Assembly (NCBI GenBank): GCA_964016885.1
Contig: OZ024742.1
Location: 329,468,001 to 329,532,000 of the forward strand
DNA from: Eledone cirrhosa
Lineage: Eukaryota
Direction: 5' to 3'
Length of the DNA stretch: 64,000 nt
Positions 56,344 through 64,000 of the stretch are shown in pieces. The notes beneath the pieces are model-generated. The model saw only the letters and a list, made by a program, of their open reading frames with translations, made no database searches and was not told the origin of the DNA. Made by a program: the position numbers and the translations under genes. Numbering within the stretch: the first letter of the stretch is position 1; each line of letters opens with the position of its first letter.

Positions 56344-56959
56344 TGTAGTGTAGTGTTTGTACCAGAGTTTTCAAGTCGCTGGCTGGACTAGAAAGTCACA
56401 CTCCTTCAGCGCATCGGTAGGGGTTCTCCTACATGGATATAAAGTAGTGGCCGTACTCTAAAACGAGTTGGCAGCCACCATGTATGTATGTATTAATGTA
56501 TGTTATTCTGGATTTATAATTTCACTATGTGTGTATGTATGTAGGTATGTATGTATGCTTGTATGCATGTCAGGGCACTTTTGAGCGCTTCTTGTAATAT
56601 GTAGGCCAGTACAAACTGTAACATAGACGAACCGAGCAAAACCCGGCAAGCTTGGTTGTAGAGGAGATTGGATTTTGGACAACCTATGGAATGAAAAACA
56701 AAACCCATCATAATAACGTATATGAATGATAAACGCGAAATACATTCTAACCAGAAAATAGTTACGAGAAGTGGATAATAAAAACCATAAGTAATAAATG
56801 TGATGTATTTAATTTAAAAAAAAAATCTTTAAAGCTGTAGGTAATAGGTATAGAGTCAATAGAGAGTCGTAATATCCAAAACTATTAATTGCATAGAAAA
56901 TATAAAGTATATGCCATAACACATTACACGTAAAGTCATGTCCCGGAAATTGTTGCAGT

Positions 56960-57895
56960 CAGTCGTTGGGGAGCCACTCTAGACGCTTTTGGATTCAGTT
57001 GTCGCCATGGGTCCTTATTCTCCGCCATGCGTAGAAGGTTCTCGATGTTGTGACCTGTCCAGTCTTTGAAGTTGGACCAGAATTTATCATTCTGCCTCTT
57101 CTTTGCCATCTTTCGTCTGTGCCTTGAAGGATGGTTTTGGACAATGAATTATATCGAGATATAAGATATCACCAGGCACGTTTTCGTATTTACCTTGTTT
57201 TACAAGTAGATCCTGTCACCAGGCATATTTGTTAAATTGCTGCCTGATAAAACTGTTTTTGTATGGGATGTGTAACATACCTCTGAAGCAGTTACGTTCA
57301 AATGACTTGTTTCTCAGTCCAGCTCTCACTCCTATATAATAAAATGAAAGTCACCAAAGACTTGTACAGTGTGAGCTTCGTTGGAAAACTGATGCAGGTG
57401 CATTTTCATGACATTCAGCTTCCCATGGCAGAAGTGGCCAAGGTGAGTCTTGTCAAAATCTCCTTTTGAGATCTGCTATCTTATGTTTGAGTGGATCACA
57501 GGTACTTAAATGTGTCTACATCTCGAAGCCTTCGTCCGTTCAAAATGATGTTAGTGTATTCTGATTATTACTGTTAACCAGAATATTGCTTTTTTCTGAG
57601 CTCGTTTCCATTCCATATACTTCTGATACTTCTTCCATTCTGGTAGTGAGTTCTTGAGTTCTGCTTCCTAGCTTCCTAGCAGTTCAATTTCATCAGCAAA
57701 TCACGGGTTGGAACTAGGTCATTCACCTGAGGTGTGGAAGTTTTGTTTTGGAGGAAAGAAACACCTTTAGAATTTTCTCTGTTTTCCTGAAGAATTCTTC
57801 AATGTTGTTATTCAGAAGAACCGCACTGTTTGAGTTGTCACCTAGTGCTTTAAAAACTTGAGGTTAATGTCACAGTTGTAAACCTTCCACAAGCC
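56960..57895 (-). mobile_element. Decayed RTE-clade LINE fragment
   Basis: FADEIELL; VDTFKYL; EILTRLTLATSAM; KLTLYKSLV. Confidence 0.75.
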
Positions 57896-57907
57896 CACAT
57901 ATATTAT

Positions 57908-58071
57908 AATTATTTCTACTTATGGCACAAGGCAAGCAATTACCCCAGTGTAGTACTGATACTTTATTTTATCGTCCCCGTAAGTATGAAAGGCAAAGTT
58001 TACCTTGGCGGGATTTGAAGTCAGATCATAAATGGCCGTAATTCTATGCTGCAATGCATGGCGTCGGACCC
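57908..58071 (-). mobile_element. SINE family A
   Basis: Homology to the other copies. Confidence 0.88.
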
Positions 58072-58293
58072 TATATAATAATATAAGGTTATACAATCAG
58101 GAAAAGTGCATATGTTAATTGGAGAACTACTGCGGCCATGTATGGTTGGATATGTGTCAGAATTTGTATGTTACAGAGCATAAGCACTAAGTGCTGTGTG
58201 TCTCTATACCTATAACACAGTTCTTCAATAATTCCATACTATTTCAATTAAATATATTTACCACATCTAATACTTATTATTATAATTATCCAC

Positions 58294-58477
58294 AAGAGCA
58301 TGGGATTTGCCGCATACAGTTACGGCCCTTTATGATCTGAGTTCAAATCCGGCCGAGGTTAACTGTGCCTTTCATCCTTACAGAGTCGATAAAATAAGGT
58401 ACCAGTCACGCACTGGAGTAAATTTCATCGAGTTTTCTCTCACCCAAAATTGGTGGCCTTGTGCCTAAATAAGAACC
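58294..58477 (+). mobile_element. SINE family A variant with 15-bp TSD
   Basis: attataattatccac at 58279-58293 and 58478-58492. Confidence 0.88.
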
Positions 58478-59022
58478 ATTATAATTATCCACTTTTCGTA
58501 ACTATTTACTTTTTAGAATTTAATTACCTTTTATGATTCCTCAACATTTTATTATTTACAAATGTGATTCTTTCTTACATGTGATGTTGATACTGATATT
58601 ACTATTAGAAGGAGGTATAGCAATGAGCACATGACATGTTTTTCATAGAATAGGGGAGGAAAAAAGGTAAACGACAAAGAACCAGAGATAATTTTTACCC
58701 CTGAAATATTTGATGGTCCTTATATTTCAAATGAAACATGAGTCGTCAAGGAGTTTTGCAATTATCTGCAAACCATCTCCTATGTTTTCTTTCAGTGTAA
58801 ATTGAGAATAAAAGAATGATTTTCACATCAGTTGAAATTCTGACAGCGAGGCTTATATACGGTGGTTATTCCTATATTTAATTTAATACACACACAAACG
58901 TACCCTCATACATACACAAATATATGAATATGTATATATATATATATACAAATAAAGATTCAGCGACTATCACATTTTCGGCGCGGGGGTATATATATAT
59001 ATATATATATATATATGCGTGT

Positions 59023-59237
59023 GAAGGCGTGTGGCTGAGTGGTTAGAGAATTGGATTCTCAATCGTAAGGTTGTGCGTTCGATTCCTGGACCAGGCGATG
59101 CGTTATGTCCTTGAGCAAGACACTGTATTTCACGCTGCTCCTTCCACCTGGAGTTGCGACCGATAGATAGTATTAGCAATTGGAAAGGCCAACGGAAACA
59201 TTGTTCCCTCGGTCCGATTTGACGAAAGTCGATCGTT

Positions 59238-59240
<3 letters not shown>
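59023..59240 (+). mobile_element. SINE family B with tRNA-derived head
   Basis: A-box tggctgagtgg, B-box-like gcgttcgattcc, then tgtccttgagcaagacact (V/CORE-like domain). Confidence 0.8.
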
Positions 59241-59271
<31 letters not shown>

Positions 59272-59273
<2 letters not shown>

Positions 59274-60470
59274 AAAAGATGAATATAAAATGAAAGTGAT
59301 TTTATAAAGGAATTTAGTAGGTATTCACATATGTTTCTGTACCAGACGGAATACCTATGTATCGCTGCTTGCGTAATCATATAATGTTAGCAAGTATTCG
59401 ATAGCAAATATATAATCAGTTGTTACTTCTTCAGAGATATTGGATAAATTGGAAAAAATCAGAAAAATCAAAGTATTTATATTAGTTAACCAGCGTTATG
59501 TAATAACACTCGCAGACAAGGCTTGGCAGCCTCGCGAAAATGTCCAACAATTTAACCTAAAATGGGATATAATAGTTTATGCCCCTGCATATTTCTCAGG
59601 ACAAGAATTTTCTAAATTGTGTAATATGGAAATATTTTGTATTATGAAATCCAAAAATATGTTATTAAATAACAGAATAGAGTGATCGTTATACTGTAAC
59701 CATCGCTTGAAATCTACATTTTAATATTACAGACGCTACCAGGATTGAACGCCAGTCTCCATCTCTGTTTGATTATCAAAAATACATATTAACATTCTCT
59801 ATTAGTCTTAATTCTATCAACTCTTCTATTCTTTACCATGCAATATAAACTGCTATAGATAAAATGAGATTTCTTAATTCAATTCTCTAATGCATATACC
59901 ACCAGGCTACCAGCGTTGATGTTATACATTAGCAGTGAAAATCTCTCTCTTCCTTACTTGAAACTTTATATCTGTAGTAATACTACTACACCAAACGACC
60001 AGCCCTGTTCATTGTTCAACTGGTCAAATATAGATTAAAATAGGCACTCCCAAAAATACTTATTTAGATAAAATAAGCCATATACTCATTGTATTCTCAT
60101 TAAAAACCTTCTATATACTTGTTTACCAGCAAATTGAATTGCCATCTGTCATATACTATCTCTTCTCTTCTTCCTTTCTTGCAACTGATATAAATACTTT
60201 GATTTTTCTGAATTTTTGCAATTTATCCAATATCTCTGAAGAAGTGACAAATGATTATATATTTGCTATCGAATACTTTCTAACATTATATGATTACGCA
60301 AGCAGCGATACATAGGTATTCCGTCTGTTACAGAAACATATGTCAATACCTAATAAATTCCTTTATAAAAGCACTTTCATTTAATATTCATCTTTTCTAC
60401 ATTTTCTCCGGAATATAATTTATACTCGTTTAGCAAACCTACACGTACGCTGTACATCTCTAACGTGACG
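59272..60470 (+). mobile_element. Naiad-type PLE with inverted 5' pLTR
   Basis: 59272-59487 is an inverted copy of 60183-60398; internal LKWDII..KLCNME..LLNNRIE..YCNH. Confidence 0.88.
60229..60350 (+). ncRNA. Hammerhead motif with ~90-nt stem II insert
   Basis: CTGAAGA 60236-60242; stem II base gtgaca/tgttac; GAAA 60333-60336; palindromic ACATATGT; GUC triplet; AATAAA at 60352; stem I weak. Confidence 0.6.
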
Positions 60471-60473
60471 ATA

Positions 60474-60505
<32 letters not shown>

Positions 60506-60507
<2 letters not shown>

Positions 60508-60692
60508 ACAAAGGAATTGTGGTAAGGAACCAGATGGACCATAACGCACCAGAGTACTCAATACTTAGGGTAGTAGAGTGGGAAATAGGAAAAAGTAAGA
60601 CCCCGACGGCAGAGCTCAAGCCGTTTCGATGGCTATTTCTCGAAATACCCGTCGAAAGGGCTTGAGGTCAACCGACGGTTTCTTACTTTTTC
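60506..60692 (-). mobile_element. Fold-back family F, copy 3
   Basis: Homologous to 49194 and 39196; hairpin gaaaaagtaaga...tcttactttttc; sits inside (TA)n. Confidence 0.82.
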
Positions 60693-61598
60693 ATATATAT
60701 ATATATAACGGCGATGAATTAGTTTTGCGAGGTTTTTAATATGAAATCGTGTGTCGAAACAAATATTGTTATATTAAGGGAGGGTCATATTTGTCTAATA
60801 TTGCCAGAATTAATAACAGAACACACTCACTGTTTGGTTGGTTTTCGCTTTTCGCTTCTGTGTCTTTTATATCGGTTAATTGAATTTATTTGGTCCTCAA
60901 TGTTGCCATTGACTGACCAAAGGTAAAAAATACAGATACAATATAGACACAAACACATATATATATAGTCTATCAAAGTTCTCTCGTTGCACATCTGCAA
61001 CACCGTCAGTGGTGCTATTGTTTCCTCCCGTTGCATTGTATGTCTACGCCATCTTTATTTAGTCTGTTTATATATTTATTCATTTGTTTATTTTTTTGTT
61101 TTTATCTTCTTTGCGCATGTGTTTGCGTGTGTGTATAGTGTTTTGTTTGATGTGTGTTCGTGTTTGGGTGACTGTGTATTGGTTAATGTATTCTATATTT
61201 ACTAGTGTGTGTGTTTATATGTGTTTGTTGTTATTGTGCTTGTCTATGTATTTATTTATTTATCTATTTATTTATTTATTTATACTTCTCTTAGGACAGT
61301 GTTGTTTGTTTGGGGGCTGTTGTTATTCCATTCATTGTTTCTGTTTAGCCTTGGCCTTCTAAGTTCTATTTCACTGTCCTCTCTGATTTGCCTATCTGCT
61401 GGGTCATTTCCATTTTTAGATATTATTCTAATTTCTATTATGTCTATGTTACCATCGTGTTGTTGTCTGGCATGTTCGTATAGTACTGAACCGTTTTTTA
61501 GTCCTTTTAGTTCCCCCAGTGTTGGTCTATCCTTTCACCTATGCTACGAGCTGTCTCGCCTATGTATGTTGTTGTCATGTTTCTGCAAGTACCCTCTG

Positions 61599-61851
<253 letters not shown>

Positions 61852-61852
61852 T

Positions 61853-64000
61853 ATCATAGATAGAATATTACCCACTCTTAAATTGAGATCTAGTTTGAGC
61901 TTATGGAAAGATACAAACGAGATCATTGAATGCTACACGAATATTGAAGATAAGAAAAACTATAAATTCATCCGGTTGGATATTACTAGCTACTATTTCT
62001 TCTATAACACCTAACCTTCTAAATAAGGTCCTCTCATATGCTTATAATCATACTGATGTAACCACAAATGAAATAGATATAATTTTAACAACCAGAAGAA
62101 CTCTCATTAACTTAAATAACGAATTTTGGACACGTTCAGATAGAGATTGAAACTTTGATATCACTATGGTGGCATCTGATTCCGCGAAAATCACAGATCT
62201 TCTGGGAATTTTCATATTAAACATGATAAGTAGAAAACTGCCGGAGATTATCGGTGGTTTATATAGCGATGACATTTTATTTACTGTGGTCAAACACAAC
62301 TATATAGAATTAAATAGAGTTAAGAAAAGTATAATATAATTCTTTAAAACAAACGACCTTAAATTAGAAGTAGAAAATGGTACCAAAATAGTTTAATTTC
62401 CTTGACGTTACCTTTAACTTAAACACTGGCTTCTATTAACCTTTTCATAAGCCTAATGAAAACTTAAATTATGTTAGTAACTATTCAAATCACCCTAGAT
62501 CTGTAAAACAAGCTATAGTAAATAGTGTGCAAAAACGTATTAATAAAATATCTGATAATAAAGATATGTTTGATAAAAATGCTGAATACTACAAAAACGC
62601 ATTAAAAAGAGCAGGATATGAATAATATAGAATATGTAGATAATAACAATCCAAGTATTATTCCTAATAATAATACTAAAAATAATAATAACATATATAA
62701 GAGTAACTCTAATAATTATAACTCAAACACACATACGCTAAATAAATCGAGAATACGAACTAGATCTAAACCAGTCATATGGTTTGCACCCCCTGCTCCG
62801 GTCGCAGTTAAAACACCAATTACAAAACTATTCTTTAAAACTCTTGACACCTCTTTCCCTACTCAATATAAATACCCTTCCATTTTTAATAGACTTGCCA
62901 TTAAATTCGCAAATTCTACAACCAGTAACATGCCCCAAAACATCGCCAAATTAAACGCCAATATGCTAAAACCAAACCAACATAATGATCATAATAATAG
63001 AGTTAACATTAATGATACTAAACAAAATGTAATTGTAGAAATAAAAATAATTGCCCATTGCAAAATAATTGTTTAGATAGTAATTTGGTTTATAAATGCA
63101 CCGTAAAAACTGACCACAAAACATACAATTACATTGGATCAACCTCGTTCACATTCAAGGTTCGTTTCGCGAATCATAAATGCTCATCTCGAATTCTAAG
63201 GAGAAATCATCCACGTCTTTATCACAGCTCATATGGTCTTTAAAAGAGAAGAATTTAGAATACTCCATTCTTTTGAGAAAACCTCGGAACTGTGGAATTT
63301 ACCGCAACTCTAGTATATAAAATAACTGCCCGCTCTGTACAATGGAGACCCTGTTCATTATTAATAATTATGAGACCCTAATTAACAAAGAAAGTGAATT
63401 ATTCTCTAGTTGCCTCCATAAAGCTACGTCCACTTTTTTAGCCTCACATAAAACGAGAAAGAAATAACCAATAACAACTCGGTTACCAGGAATATATAAT
63501 CAACAGTAAAAAACATCAATGGCCTTTAATATTGCTTTATTTTATAACTATCTATAGAAAAAACAACGTTAAAATGAATGACAATATTTCAATTAACATG
63601 TCTAAACATTGATACACACAACACTATTCGTTAAATTTGATCAACACCAAAATTTATTTATCTCATTATGTCTATCTATAATTTAGTACAATACCTAATC
63701 CTTACATATTTATGGAATTTATTTATCTGTGAATTGTTAATACATTTGTGATCTCTTTTAAATTTTAGTTTAATACCCAATCCATAAATGTTTATGAAAC
63801 TTATCTATAACTCCACATTTTAATGAGTTTTTTTATGTATTATTTAAAGTATAATGTAGCATATATTTCTTTTAAATATACTTACTGCACTATAAAATCT
63901 AAATTTTGAGACGGATTCAAACTTATATATAAATGTGAATTTTTCGCTGTACTTTCGATCTCTTATTTATTTATTTATAATATAATGTATTATAATATAT
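61853..64000 (+). mobile_element. Naiad-type Penelope-like element: disrupted RT + GIY-YIG ORF (61853-~63467) and 3' UTR running off the window
   Basis: KFIRLDITSYY; FDITMVASD; GGLYSDD; FLDVTFNL; SNHP; VIWFAPP; CNCRNKNNCPLQNNCL..VYKC..YIGST; CPLC..E; LINKESE..C.H. Confidence 0.92.

Noticed and set aside
59026-59098. tRNA gene
   Set aside because: A and B boxes are present, but acceptor and anticodon stems pair poorly and the sequence runs into a SINE body
62140-62160. In-frame TGA as selenocysteine (some Naiad PLEs encode selenoproteins)
   Set aside because: The TGA here and the one at ~59683 are not at conserved Cys positions, the copies carry other stops or frameshifts, and I found no convincing SECIS by eye; a family consensus would be needed

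Overview
AT-rich, microsatellite-dense animal DNA with no host protein-coding gene that I can support. Nearly all ORFs in the track are translations of (TA)n/(CA)n/(GA)n/(TAG)n repeats or pieces of retroelements. The SINE/LINE complement looks like an octopus/cephalopod genome (inference from recalled repeat families). Content: (i) more than 12 copies of tRNA-derived SINEs in 2-3 families; (ii) a near-full-length, frameshifted Tx1-clade LINE (APE+RT) in a (TCTA)n tract, a 5'-truncated CRE-like RLE LINE, RTE-clade fragments, and probable R4/Dong, Gypsy and hAT remnants; (iii) at least six Penelope-like element (PLE) copies, mostly Naiad-type GIY-YIG, five of them with hammerhead ribozyme (HHR) motifs in their 3' ends; (iv) many fold-back hairpins next to (TA)n. 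Most interesting: three sequence-unrelated, non-coding 345-432 bp partial-tandem repeats. Each carries a minimal HHR with an ATGCAAAT octamer 80-93 nt upstream of the core on the same strand. They look like a retrozyme system resembling newt satellite 2, plausibly mobilised by the neighbouring PLEs. All RNA structures were paired by eye; none was computed.
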